A stretch of 59,187 bases of DNA from Nemertoderma westbladi (GCA_032718475.1 JAUCBJ010006530.1:1-59187); one strand, 5' to 3'; numbered from the stretch's first letter, positions 24,601 to 37,290 are shown. The notes: a model not told the origin generated them from the letters alone. Made by a program: numbers and translations.

Positions 24601-27600
24601 AGGATAGTGTGGACGACGGGATTAAACCCGGAAGTCGCGGAATACATACCGGCGAGTAGGCCAGAAGCTGATAGGCCTATACCGGTACCGGTACAGCAGT
24701 ATGACTACAGCATGCAGGGACATAACATATACCCTGGGGAGGGGGGAATTATTGCGGATAGGTGTATGGGCCCCAATATATTAACATCAACCCCAGTACC
24801 AAACATACCGGTGGGGGGGGGGGGGGGACAGGGTGACATTCCCCCATCACAATATCAACAATATACCCCGATAGGAGCAAGAACAACGAGACCCTTGGAT
24901 GAGAATAGGTCGTGTGATACAGAAATATGGAGGGGGCCGCTACCCCCGATGACATACCCAAGTCAGAGAAGGTCAAGAAATAGGACGGACGAACCGCACC
25001 AGACAGGAGAAACTATACAGCACCCATCGAATCCATTGGAAGCACAGGCGATGGGGATGGCCACGTTGATCGATGCGTTGAAAACGAGGATCGAGTTACC
25101 ACCCATGGAACCATTCAAATTCGATGGGAGCAGGCCGGAAGAATATCTACAGTTTCGGCGCATGTATAGTAACGAAATACTAACAAAGAACTTGACGCAG
25201 GCGGAGTGCCTTAAGTATCTGCAAGTATACACGGGAGGCCCAGCATACGATATTGTGAGGCAATATCAAGGAATAGAGGGCGGCTTCACGACAGCATGGC
25301 GGGCACTGGATAGGGAATACGGGTACCCGGCCAAGATCATCAGACAGACACTGAGAGGCATAACATCGGGTGGCCTGCAGGATAATCCCGTTAGCATTAA
25401 GACATTTGCTAACAAAGTTGAAAAGGCGCTAATCGTGCTGAAGACGCTAGACGCGCCATACGAGCTCAACGCGTCCAACAACATCACCACGATAGCGCAG
25501 GCACTACCGAACTGGCTGCGCAACAAGTGGAGGAAGATCGCCTTCTCCACTCGAGATAAGAAGGGTGCGGAACCGGGTTTAGAAGAAATGTCAAACTTCT
25601 TAAACTACGAGGCCGAACTAATAACTGACCCAGTCTATAGTGAAGATAGCCTGGGAAAGGGACCGAAGACAGACTACCATAGACCGAAACCAGAGCACAA
25701 TACATCAAACGCACTACCGAGACTCAGGCAATCATTGCCATATGCAGCAACGCAGGGGACTGCAAGTCCACAGCTAGCCGAGGATAAGACAACACCATGG
25801 AACGGACAGGGAAACAATAATAACACGAATAAACATAACCCCAGTACGTCCAGTAGGCTGAATCCATACAATAAGAATAGTAGGGACTTTGGTACAAACG
25901 CAACTGCGATACGCAATGCACTGTATAAAGAGGGCTACGACCCAAAGAGCAAATGCCAGCTACACGCAAATGCGCTTCATCAAACCATGAACTGCAGGTA
26001 CTGGCAGGCGCTACCTAGGCAAGAGCAGATAGATTATGCGTTCAGCAACAAAATCTGCTCGCGATGTGTAATGAGTGGACATAGAGCAAGGGAGTGCAAG
26101 GAGAAGCCAGTCAAGTTTGGTCAAAGGAGAGGCCAAACGATGGCGACGAGCACAGTAGGGGCGAAGAAGAGAGGAACGGTGCTACTTGGAGTAGTACCCG
26201 TACGAGTGATTGGGGAAGGCAATCGATCAGTAACAACACTAATGTTGGTTGAAAGTGGAGCTGCCTTCACACTAGTCGAGGAATGGGTGGCCGAAGAGAT
26301 AGGATTGAGAACGAGGCCAAGCAGAATGGCGGTAACAACCATCTCTAGCAAAGATGAGATCCTGGAGATGAGAACAGGACGGTGCGCAATTGCAGCAGTG
26401 GCACCGGGATGCGACTATGGGGCAACCATCGACCCCATCCAAGTGATAGAGTCAATTAATATCAATGCCAGGCGGCCAACTAACATCGAGGTCAAGCAGT
26501 AAAAATTCCTGGACGACATTGACTTCTCAATCCCAGACATGGACGTTAGGAAGGTGTCCATCATAGTAGGTATGGACTGCCCAACGGCCCACGAAAGAAT
26601 GCAAACGGTCTTCGGCGAAGACAAGCAGAGTGACCCGGTAGCCATATTAACACCATTCGGGTGGACGCTGAGTGGTCCAATCAAGAGCAAGATACCATTT
26701 AGGATGTCGGAGACATCAGGATGCATGTTCGCGGGAACAATACAGGAAATGGGTGACGAGGGAGCAGAGGAGCAGCTTAAAAGACTGCTCAGACAGGATT
26801 TCAAGGGACTGAAAGAAACCGGGGTCGGGACCTCGGTAGAAGACAAACAGGCTTTACAAAGCGTGGAGGAATCGATGACATGCGATGAGGGGCGGTATAC
26901 AATAGGAATGGTATGGAAACTACCGAAGATACCGCTGCCCGACAATAGAGGGATGGTACTCACGAGACTCCGCAAGCTGAAACAAACACTAAAACGGAGC
27001 CCCGAGAAGAATGAGTACATCCACAGAACGATTAAGAAGTACGTCGAGAAAGGATGGGCCGTGGAGTTACCGGTCGACGAGCCGAACACGGACAGGACAT
27101 ATTACCTGCCACTACACGTGGCTTTAGATCCAAAGAAAGGTAAACTACGGATGGTAGTCGACGCATCGGCAAAGACCGACAGAAAATGCTTAAACGACTA
27201 CCTGTTAGAAGGCCCAAACATATACAATACGGGCATAGAGGTGCTACTTAGATTTAGAAATGGGAAAGACGCCTTCACGTGTGACATAGAAGGCATGTTT
27301 AACCAAGTCCGTGTAACGAAAGAAGATAGCGACAGTCAACGCTTCTTATGGTATAACGGCGAGGAAGAACCGCCGATAATACCAGCATATAAGATGGTAG
27401 TACAAAACATGGGGGCCAAGTCGTCTTCATTTACGACGACTATGGCAGTGAGAGACACAGTAAAGGGGAAGGAAGATAGATACAGCAGTAGGGCCGTCGA
27501 TATGATTCAACGCGGCTTCTACGTAGATGACGGAATGGAGTCTGGAAATACGGTTAAGGAGATACTGGACACAGGGCGCGAGGTTCGCAACATCCTAAGA

Positions 27601-30138
27601 GGATCCGGCTTTAAACTGACCAAATACCAATCCAGTTCGGAAGAATTTATCAAGGCGATAGAAGACAAGAGACCAGAATCGACCATTGATAATCCCACAA
27701 CAGCCAAAGGGCAGGACATGGCGAACAAGAGAACAGAGTCTCAACAGAAGGCATTGGGAATCGTGTGGAATAGAGAGACAGACGAACTGAAGTATCAGCT
27801 GAGCCAAGAGGGCGCAGACACCCACACGAAGAGGGGCTATGTATCGTATATAGCAAGGATATACAATCCCCTAGGCCTAGCATCCCCATTATTAGTCACG
27901 GGAAAACAGATACTCAAGAGAGTATACAAATTGAAAGATGAGTGGGACGTAGAGGTACCAGAAGAAATCAAGAAACAGTGGAGTAAGTGGACAGGAGACT
28001 TGGAGAAGATGGGAACATACAACCTGCCTCGAGTGTATTTCCCGGATGGGAACATGATGAGTCTGGACCTACACATGTTCTCCGATGCGTCGTTGGAGGC
28101 GTACGGAGCGGCACTCTATTTAGTACAACGAGAGGGGGCTCATAAGCCCAGACTAGCCTTTAGCAAAGCAAAGTCAACGCCGCCAGATTCAGCATCAGTT
28201 CCCAAGTTAGAATTGACAGCTGCGAGACTAGGAGTTAGAGCCACAGCCTACCTAGTGGATACTATTACCAACATAGTGGAGACACACTACTGGACGGACT
28301 CCATGGTAGTGCTTGGTTTTCTACATAACGAAAGGACGAGATACCCGATATTCGTCGCAAATAGAGTGGACGAAATAAGGGCGACCACAGAACTGGAAAG
28401 GTGGTATTACTGCCCAACAGACGAGAAGCCAGCGGACTTGCTGTCGAGGGGCGTAGAACGCCACACTTTCTTGAAGAAGGAAGTATTGTGGCAGCATGGG
28501 CCACAATTTCTGAACGATAAGGAGGCCTGGCCGCCGATGAGAAAGGTGGATCCGGGCTCAGAAGTGGTATCAGAGGGAGAAGAGGGATATTCAGGGGGAG
28601 AAGAGATATACTCCCAGATGGTGAGGGATATTAGGGACGTGCAACCAAGACGAGAACTGTGCGATAACCCGACGGATAAACTCCTCAGCTACAGTTCTAG
28701 TTGGTATAAGACCAAGAAACTAGCGGCGTACTGGAGAGCCTTCGGGAATTTCCTCGCGGGAGTTGGCAAGGACAAGAAGATCAGGACAACCATAGATCTG
28801 GAAGGAGCGGCTAAGGCAATCATCCGCTATGAACAACGGAAGAACTATGGCGACGAGGTGGAACACGTCGGTAACCAACAGCACCTCCGACGGGACAGCG
28901 AGCTGATTACGCTGTCGCCACATCTCAATGACGACGTGATTCTAGTAATGAATTCTAGGGTGGGACACTACAACAGCATAGTCGTACCACCGAAACCCAT
29001 CATCATTCCCACAGGATCGCCAATAGTCCACCAGATTATCTGGGACTCCCACAAATCGATATTGCATGGGGGCACCAACCGAACCCTCACAGAGATAAGG
29101 AGGACCTATTGGGTCAAACAATTGAGGAAGAAGGTAAAAGCGGTAGTGGGGCAGTGCCAGACCTGCCGACGAGCGAAGAAGGAGCGAGCCGTACAGGAGA
29201 TGGCGCCACTACCGGCGAGTAGGGTAAGACAACACAACCCGCCATTTACGCATTGCGGTGTGGACATGTTCGGGCCGATAAAGATCAAAGTGATGCGACA
29301 CACGGAGAAACGCTACGGCATCATCTTCGAATGCAACAACACAAGGGAACTGGGGATAGAACTCGCCCAAGATGCAACTGCATCAGCATTCATTAATGCC
29401 TTAGAAAGGTTTAGAGACCGCAAAGGTGGGACGATTGCAGTGATATACAGCGACAACGGCACCAACTTTGTGGGCGCAGAGAGTGAGATGGCAGAGGCCT
29501 TGGACATCTTGGAGGGAGAAGAAGTCAGGGCGGCCATGAGACGACGACAAGTAAAGTGGGAGAGAAGGACGCCGTATGCACCACATACACTAGGATGCGT
29601 CGAGAGACTGGTAGGCAGTTCAAAGCGTCTAATGACGAAGCTGATGAACACCCACATGGTCACTGAAGACGTCTTACGGACAGTACTTGCGAAGTGCAAG
29701 GGGATCATTAATAGCAGACCGCTATATCCGGAGAATGATGACCCTGAGTCATTAGACGTGCTGACGCCTAGCCATTTCCTGATGGAAAGGCCAGCGACCA
29801 TCGATATGCGGGGTGTAGACCCAGATGACATACACTCCCGCCAAAGTTGGAAAGAGTATTGGAGGAGGTGGGTCGAGGAATACCTACCCACACTCCATAA
29901 AAGGAGTAAGTGGAGGAAGCCAAATAGGGAGTTAAGAGAAGGAGATCTCGTAATCGTTACGGATGATACTATCATCAACAACCAGTGGCGGTTGGCGAGA
30001 GTCGTAGGCACTTATTCCGACGAGGACGGAAGAGTCTGATCGGTAGAAGTGCGGATAGGTGGTAAGATAGGTGCGAAGGACAGAAAAACCTACAGGAGAG
30101 CTGTGGGAAAATGCTGTCTGCTAGAAGGAGCACCTTAG
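21603..30138 (+). pseudogene. Element A gag-pol polyprotein (few frameshifts and premature stops)
   Basis: Gag core PFKFDGSRPEEYLQF; knuckles CQLH..H..C and CSRCVMSGHRAREC; PR site VESGA; RT YYLPLH, CDIEGMF, FYVDD; RH FSDAS, PKLEL, WTDS, PAD; IN H..H..CQTC, GVDMFGP, SDNGTNF, ERLV. ORFs 24145 and 26539 share a frame across TAA 26500; reading through TGA 30037 reaches TAG 30138. Confidence 0.95.
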
Positions 30139-30289
30139 TGGAGTTAAAGAAGGGTTTAGTCATCCAAGTTTTGGACTGAGGGGGGTGGGATTGAGGGCGA
30201 GACGCCCTTCCCACACAAAAATAGAAAATAAAAATAAAAATAATGAGTAAGTACATAGTAGGTACGCAGTTAGTAGGCAGAGTTAGTTA

Positions 30290-30860
30290 GAGGGTACGTA
30301 GTACTGCTAGTTAGTTAGTTAGTTAGTTAGTTAGGAGGTACGTAGTACCGCTAGTCAGTTAGAGAGTTAGTTAGAGGGTACGTAGTACCGCTAGTTAGTT
30401 AGAGAGTTAGAGGGTACGTAGTACCGCTAGTCAGTTAGAGAGTTAGTTAGAGGGTACGTAGTACCGCTAGTCAGTTAGAGAGTTAGTTAGAGGGTACGTA
30501 GTACCGCTAGTCAGTTAGAGAGTTAGTTAGAGGGTACGTAGTACCGCTAGTTAGTTAGAGAGTTAGAGGGTACGTAGTACCGTTAGTTAGAAGAGAGTTA
30601 GAGGGTACGTAGTACCGTTAGCTAGAGAAGAGTTAGAGTTAGAGGGTACGTAGTACCGTTAGTTAGAGGATAGTTAGAGGGTACGTAGTACCGTTAGCAA
30701 GAGAAGAGTTAGAGTTAGAGGGTACGTAGTACCGTTAGTTAGTTAGAGAGTTAGAGGGTACGTAGTACCGTTAGTTAGAGGAGAGTTAGAGGGTACGTAG
30801 TACCGTTAGTTAGTTAGTTAGAATTAGAGTTAGAGGGTACGTAGTACCGTTAGTTAGAAG
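30290..30860 (+). repeat. Minisatellite in element A between pol and the accessory ORF: 15 copies of AGGGTACGTAGTACCG(C/T)TAG with variable TTAG/AGAG spacers
   Basis: Counted directly; period ~36-45 bp. Confidence 0.95.
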
Positions 30861-31341
30861 AGGGAGAGTAAGAGGTAAAAGGGGTATGTAAGATATAGAT
30901 ATTAGTTAGCAGTTAGTAGGGAGAGGGGGGCATATGAGTACAGCTGGGTAAATCGTGTGGCCACACGACGCATACTGCTGTACTGCATAGGCCCACAGAG
31001 TAGGCCAGAATGTGGATTAGAGAATAGAATAATCCATAGGTAATAGTAAGTAGTAGGACAGTAGAATTAAAATAGATAAATAAATAGAATAGGGCTGAAA
31101 GTTACAAATAATGGCAACACAAGGGAAGTTATTCTAGAACATAATAAAAGTAACGGACAGAAATTGTAAATTATGCTCATTTACTAGCTTCAAAATTAAT
31201 TAGTTATAATTTAGGTTAAAAGGCGCAGTTAAGTAGAAAATAGGCCATTATCGGACCGTACAGAACATCCTAGATACATCACTCATCTGTATTGCGCCTT
31301 GGTAAGGCACCACCTTGCAGGTGAGCAAGTGAGTGTTCGGA

Positions 31342-33888
31342 ATGGCAAGCAAGTTGATCAGGTAGAGAAAGGCGGAGTCAGGAGGAAAGGAGATACTGGT
31401 GGATTTCACCGAGAGGCATCCGGAAGAGAAGACGAGAGGGTACTACCAGAGGTTGGAAAGGGGTCACGCGGCACGAGCGCTGCAGGATCACTTCCAGGAG
31501 ATGCACGAACAGCGGCTGGTCGGGACCTACGGGACGCCGTCGCTGGAAAACGCGATCTTCCAACACTTCCACTACGTGGTAAAAGGGGACGAGGCGAAGT
31601 TCGGGATTCCGAAGTACCCGAGGGAATCACCGAGGAAGGACTGGAAGAGATTCATAGAGTCCGTCAACAGAGGAGGATATATGATCCTAGATGACGAGGG
31701 AACCGTGGAAGACGAGGCGGGTTCGAGACGAGGATCAGCGGGGTCGGCCAGGACCATACTCCTACATTTGGCCGCGCCAAATGGGGACATCTTCTTATTC
31801 GATCTAGGAACGTATGGGAAGAAGGACGGGCCGAAATTAAACCGGTTACCGAAAGCGGTACAAGTCTTGGTAAGAGAGAAGTCGACGACGAAAGTGGGAT
31901 TGGTGATTCGCGAGGATGCAGAGAGAATCATCGGTCCGGACGCCACCAACCTCCTGGACATGCAGAAGGTCTTTATGGCTATGACGGCACCGGATGGGTT
32001 GGGGGTAGTCGAAAACACAGGCCAATGCGGGGCGGTGGCGATGGGCCAACTCTTGGGGCTCATGTGCCACAAACCGATGGACTGGGGAAAGTTCAGGGAA
32101 GAATACGGAGCGGAATTAGCGAACTCGCTAAAGTGGGGAGCAAGACCGGGAAAGCAAGAGGTATATCAATTCCGCAGAGGAGCGATAAAGGTATATCAGA
32201 AGCGATATATCCTACATGAAGATTGGATGATGATAAGTTTGCTTAACTTATTTATGACCGTGGTTATCGAGAGGGAACCAGGGGCATTTCTGTTATCGGG
32301 ATCACCCTTAAGCTACAGGAGAGCCTTTAAGACGGCCTTTGACGGTCTGGTAGACCACCCGGGGCTGAAGGGTGAGTCGGTGTACTACAACAGCCGGCAT
32401 CTGGTAGACGGGGAGACAGATACGCCGTATCAGAGATGGGAGCAGCTAGAAACGGATAGACGAGAAGCAAAGTGACTGGAAGAAGTCGCCAGACGGGAGA
32501 GGATAGAAGCAGAGGAGAGGGAAGAGGAGGCCAGGACGCAGAGTTACGGTTTCGAGGAACAGGCAGGCTTAGACAAACTTCATTGGACTTCATCAGGGAG
32601 TTCAGGGGAGTCTCTAGGACGAGAATTGGGATGAACGGTGGGATCGCCGAAACAGTCGACGTCGGGGTTGCAAGCGATGCCCATACCAGCGGGCGCCGAG
32701 GGCGACCAACCGCCAAGGAAGTTAAGGGAGCTGGAGGGATGGAGAGCTACGGGCGAGAGCCAAGGCGGGAAAGGACATAGTGGATCCATCGGGATACCGG
32801 GGTTGGAGCCACTGCCAGAGATGGAGGAGGACGACGACAAGTTCGGAGAGATGCCGCCCATCGAGAGGATAGGCCACTCGGACACGGACTGGGTTGGCGG
32901 GAGGGTGGTGATGGCCAGTGGGGCGAGGGCCTTCTGGAACAGATCCGGCAAGCGGACCTGGGTGCACGAGGAGCCGGCGATGGATTTCGCGGGGAGCACT
33001 ATCAGGTTGGGCGAGCAACCGGGGACGGCACCATGGATAGTATTCGGGGAGACGATGCCCGAGAGGGGCGGGGAGATCGACGTAGATAGAGACACTAACG
33101 TGGAGAAATTCGCCTACCAGCGACTCCACAGACCTCGGAGATCGCTTGGGACGAAAGACGAGGTGGGACGGGAGACATTGGTACTCGGCTGCGACTACTG
33201 TGGGAGACAGACCCACCAGGAAAGGAGCTGCTTGTACTGGTTCCAGAAGGGAACCTTTTGTCTCTACTGCCGAGAGCCAAGCCACAGGATGGGGGCGTGT
33301 CCACGGTTGCATAACCGATGTCCAAAGTGCCACTTTCGGGGACACTACGGACGCCAGTGCAACTGGATGGACGACGAGGAGAAGTTCGCAAGATTCGAGG
33401 AGTGGGCCGATGTCGGGGCCATGACGCGCCAGCGCATGAAGGCCCAGGAGTTCAAGTGGGGTTTCTTCCTTATCAATCAGGAGACTCACATGGAAATCAT
33501 AAAGCGGAGGCTACCGTTTACCTATCAAGAGGTAGCAACGGCGGCGTCGTACGCCGGAGTGATGAACACACAAAGATATTTGGACAGGTGGACGCCACAG
33601 AACCGAAGGGAGTTTATGGATTTCTTGGCGGAGCACGTACCACAAGCAATGAAGATGATCCTATGGGACGCCACCAGAGGGAGACAACCGGGCCACTCTG
33701 AGGGGCCACCGGCGAAGCAATATCGGGCACTAATAACACCAGCTCCCAAGGAGCCAACAACTGGAATCAGCAGGGAGGTGGTGGCAAAGGTCCGAAAGCA
33801 GAAAGCGGATCCCAGAGGAGCGGTGGTAACCAAGAAACGACCCAGGGAAGAGGACGTCAGGGGGAACTATCCCCAGAGGAACAGATAG
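31342..33888 (+). pseudogene. Element A accessory ORF: DEDDy-type (RNase D/WRN/EXD-like) 3'-5' exonuclease + charged linker + three CCHC zinc knuckles
   Basis: One frame from ATG 31342 with in-frame stops at 31363, 32473 and 32632. Motifs ILDDEG, LLHLAAPNGDIFLFDL, LP..V..LV....TKVG..IREDA, LLDMQ, WGARP, Q..YILHED; knuckles CDYCGRQTHQERSC, CLYCREPSHRMGAC, CPKCHFRGHYGRQC. Confidence 0.8.
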
Positions 33889-34546
33889 GTTCCCAGAATC
33901 GAGGGAGAGAGACTGGGATTTGGACGTGGTACGCCTGGAAGGCGCCGCGTGAGACGTACAAACTATTAAGTACAAATCTAATTAATGCAAGTAATCATAT
34001 AAGTGCAATTCGTATGTACATACGTAGTAATTAGTGATCTACAAATATACGTTCGGAGTAAGTACTATAGTGATACAACCTTTCTCAATTAGCTACTGGG
34101 ACTGGGGGGTAAACTGACTATGACACTATGGACGAGACACCAGACAATTTCACACTTCTTGAGTGCGACGGCACAAGAGGGGGGGGGGGGGAGATTCGTC
34201 AGAAGGGATGAGGTAGACAAAGTGGGGTTGAGGGACGTGCGGAGAGAGTGCGGATGCAATTCTAGTGTGGGGGGGGAGAATAAGAGGCTGAGTGAGGGGC
34301 GAGGAGGTCCAAGTGTATGAGAGAGTTAGGGTGAGAGTGAAGAAGAGATAGGGCGAAAGTGTTGGGGAAACAAAGGTCGTGTGAGAGGTGAGCGCGATCG
34401 GCCCGACATGGGACGCCAGGCACACAGGGTAGCGTTATCATACCCATAGGGAGCGGCCTGGAAAGCCGGCTCCGAGAGAAAAGAATTCCACCCCACACCC
34501 GATACTAGATCGGGATCCAGCGGGATTGTAGCGCACTTTTTGGTTG

Positions 34547-34584
34547 ATGCTATCTTCTTACCGGGAAGATAGCATGGGGGGGAG
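34547..34584 (+). promoter_or_regulatory. Element A polypurine tract (34576-34584) preceded by an 11-bp stem hairpin
   Basis: ATGCTATCTTC-TTACCGG-GAAGATAGCAT followed by GGGGGGGAG abutting the 3' LTR. Confidence 0.8.
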
Positions 34585-35122
34585 TGTTAGCTTATTCAAT
34601 CCCGCTAACACCCCATAAAGTTAAGCCGATAAGCAATATTGGGAGCCACGAGATTGGGTAATTAACCAACTCGTGCCATCCCAATAAGAATGGGAAGGAA
34701 ACACACAACAAGGGTCAGGGGCCAAACCCCTAACCCGGAGAGAACAGGTGGAGTGAATGGGAACATTCCAAAGGGCGCCAACAAGGGTATCAACCAATCA
34801 GAGGGGGGAAAGGCATCGATTAGGTAGAGTATCAAGGCCAACCGTGCAATATAGCCACTTGGCAGTAATCATATCAGTTCAGTTATCTCAGTGCAATATT
34901 ATTGCTAGTTTAGGTTAGATAGTTTAGCTAGGGAAGGACCGGGACTTTAGTTACCGTATCCCGCCTTCCGTGTACAACAACCTATATCTATATCTTTATA
35001 CCGATCATTATATACAACGAAGGACACAAACTCATTTACTCTTTTCCATTTACTCTTCACACATGGCGGGGAAGCATGAACTAACACCGGATAAACCGGG
35101 ATCCCTCCTGGATCCCGTCACA
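34585..35122 (+). repeat. Element A 3' LTR
   Basis: 538-bp direct repeat of 20969-21506. Confidence 0.97.
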
Positions 35123-35127
35123 TACCC

Positions 35128-35792
35128 TACAGCCTACAAATCGACTAATACAAAGCTATAGAATATCTCTAACCGTAAAGTCCAGTAGTATACCGCTTAC
35201 CAGATCCTAGTAACCATGTATCTTACTGTAAGACTCTAGTAATGAAACGGGCTCGTACAGTATCTGACAACAAATCCCAGTCCAGGATATCTAAACAAAC
35301 AGATACAATACACAAACTAATACTGGCGAGGAGCAGAGCCTGGTGTCTATTCTATGTACGTGAGCAGGTCTAATGCCTACGAACTAGACAAAAGGATACC
35401 TGTCCTCTAACCGGTATGGCAGATGTACAGTTACAGTGACAGACCAAACTCACAGGAAAACAATGCCTGCGCAGCGAATCCTAACTATCGCTGACAGTCC
35501 CAAATTGCTGCGGTAGTTAGCAGAATATACCTATCAGTACGTGGCAAGGCGTGGTAGGATATTAATAAAACCTCCCTAGGCCAAGCGGTGTGCCGGTAGC
35601 AGAAATGCTCCTTGCCTGATCAAATAACTAACTTCAGGCAGGGGGGGGGGGGGGTACTAATGTATGTTCTACAAAGCGAATCGGTACCAAATGGTCAGTA
35701 CTGCGAATCACTAAATTATGGAACGTATGCTGTCTGTACCTAATATGTACTCGTGTACTGACGGACGGCAATAGCTCGCACCTATGAGGTAT
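35128..35792 (-). repeat. Element B 3' LTR remainder (internally deleted and truncated)
   Basis: Continues 20940-20968; matches 47179-47556 and 48169-48456; homology ends at CCTATGAGGTAT; no PPT adjacent. Confidence 0.9.
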
Positions 35793-37290
35793 GATCTCCG
35801 GGTGTTCAACTATAGGAATCTTGTAAGTTGTCTCCTTCCGGGTCGGTATACTAATAGGAAAGCTAGTTGGTCTCGCAACCGGTACTATCGCTCCAGCAGA
35901 ATGGGGTTGAGGTTCTCGCGTCATCTCGACATGAGGTATCTGTAGTCTCTGCGACAAACCCTGAGCAAAGGTGATACTATCGAAGAGCTCGGGTGTCATC
36001 TCCTTAGGTTCGGTTTCATCGTGGGATATCCAATAGAATGGTAGGCTCGCGAGCCTTCCGCCGAACTCCTAGATCTCGCCTTTCTCGTACGCCTTGTACG
36101 CCCTGTAGAGGCTCAAAGCTTCCCGTTTCTCTTGCGTCGACTTATTAGACTCGTCCACTACCATGCTGTAGACGTCTGGTTTGACTAATTTGGGTTCGTA
36201 AATAACGATCTCACCCGCGTTCAGTCCACTCATCTTAAACGAATGGTACGGATTCGTCAAAGGGTATCCGCCTTCTTGGTAACGTAGACTTTGGTGGTAT
36301 GAGCATCGCGCTAATATCAGCTCGGGTAAGGGTTCGTTTACCATCAAATATTGCAGCGTATGATATAATCGGCGTATCTCTGTGTCTGGATCCTTGCAAA
36401 TGTCACTAGCATCGCATAACGCATCGTAAGGATATAACGCATTGAACTCCGCGCGTAATTCCTCCGTTCTTTTGTTATAAGCATCCAATCGCTGTTTAGT
36501 CACATTCGGGTCCGCCTTGGATTTAGAGAGCTTGGCTGTACTTCTAGCCATACTCTCCACTCCAAACACACTAAAGTTTTTAGCTCCATAACGATTAAAC
36601 AGCGCCTGGTGCTCTTGTTCCTGCGTAAACCCCTGACGTAACTCCTTATACATCTTCTCCGCCATCATATACGTGTATATATGGTTACATATCGTTACGT
36701 TTCTACTAGATAAAGCACAAAATAGAGCTTAGATGTGAGGTGACTTAGAGTTTGTCGGCTTTTGGCTCAACTTTGCTCTAAAACCCCAACCCATTTGCCT
36801 AATGACTTCGGGTTCGCGTGATTTCGCACTGGCTCCTAATCCAAAAAATTGTGCCAATAAAAAACGAATTCCGGGTAAACTAGCCGCGAGTCTAAAATAC
36901 TCACCTTTTAATTTCCCAAACTACATTCCCAAAGAAATAATGCAGTCGAGAATTAATTCGGTCTAAATAATAGTAGACACGACTACGTAGAACAAGGCCG
37001 ATTTTCTTTTCTAAAAAAAATTTTTTTTTTCAGTAAGCTCGCAAGCCTTCCATCCGCTCTTTTCCTCCCCAATTTTACATTTTATCTAGCTGTATTCTAG
37101 AATTTGCATTCACTGGAGAATCATTTTTCTTAAATTTAAATCCAACTAAATGGATTTGTCTAATAATTTTTGAAAATTGTCTCACTTGAGGGTTCCAAGT
37201 GGAATTCCATTCCTACTGTACACACAATCCTGCTCCTATGTGATACATAAGGGTACTACCCTCCATGTTCACATATAAAACAATGGAATT
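35793..37290 (-). pseudogene. Element B accessory ORF (decayed), function uncertain, weak DEDDy-exonuclease-like motifs
   Basis: 36920-35793 is one frame with single stops at 36731 and 36071, joining the 199-aa and 121-aa ORFs. An upstream piece at ~37290-37075 lies in another frame. Confidence 0.5.

Larger units (their letters stand above)
20969..35122 (+). mobile_element. BEL/Pao LTR retrotransposon A (full length, 14.15 kb)
   Basis: Two 538-bp TG..CA LTRs; 5-bp TSD TACCC (20964-20968, 35123-35127); BEL gag-pol; PPT. Confidence 0.97.

Noticed and set aside
26500-26502. Programmed readthrough between gag-PR and RT
   Set aside because: BEL/Pao elements normally have one continuous ORF and this copy has several other stops; simple mutation is more likely.
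30290-30860. CRISPR-like array (palindromic repeat with variable spacers)
   Set aside because: Spacers are permutations of TTAG/AGAG rather than unique sequence; no cas genes; eukaryotic retrotransposon context.
31342-33888. env gene at the usual third-ORF position
   Set aside because: No signal peptide, transmembrane anchor or fusion-protein Cys pattern; motifs fit an exonuclease and zinc knuckles.
21529-34498. Many antisense ORFs over element A (and + strand ORFs over element B)
   Set aside because: Shadow ORFs of GC-rich coding sequence with no recognisable motifs.
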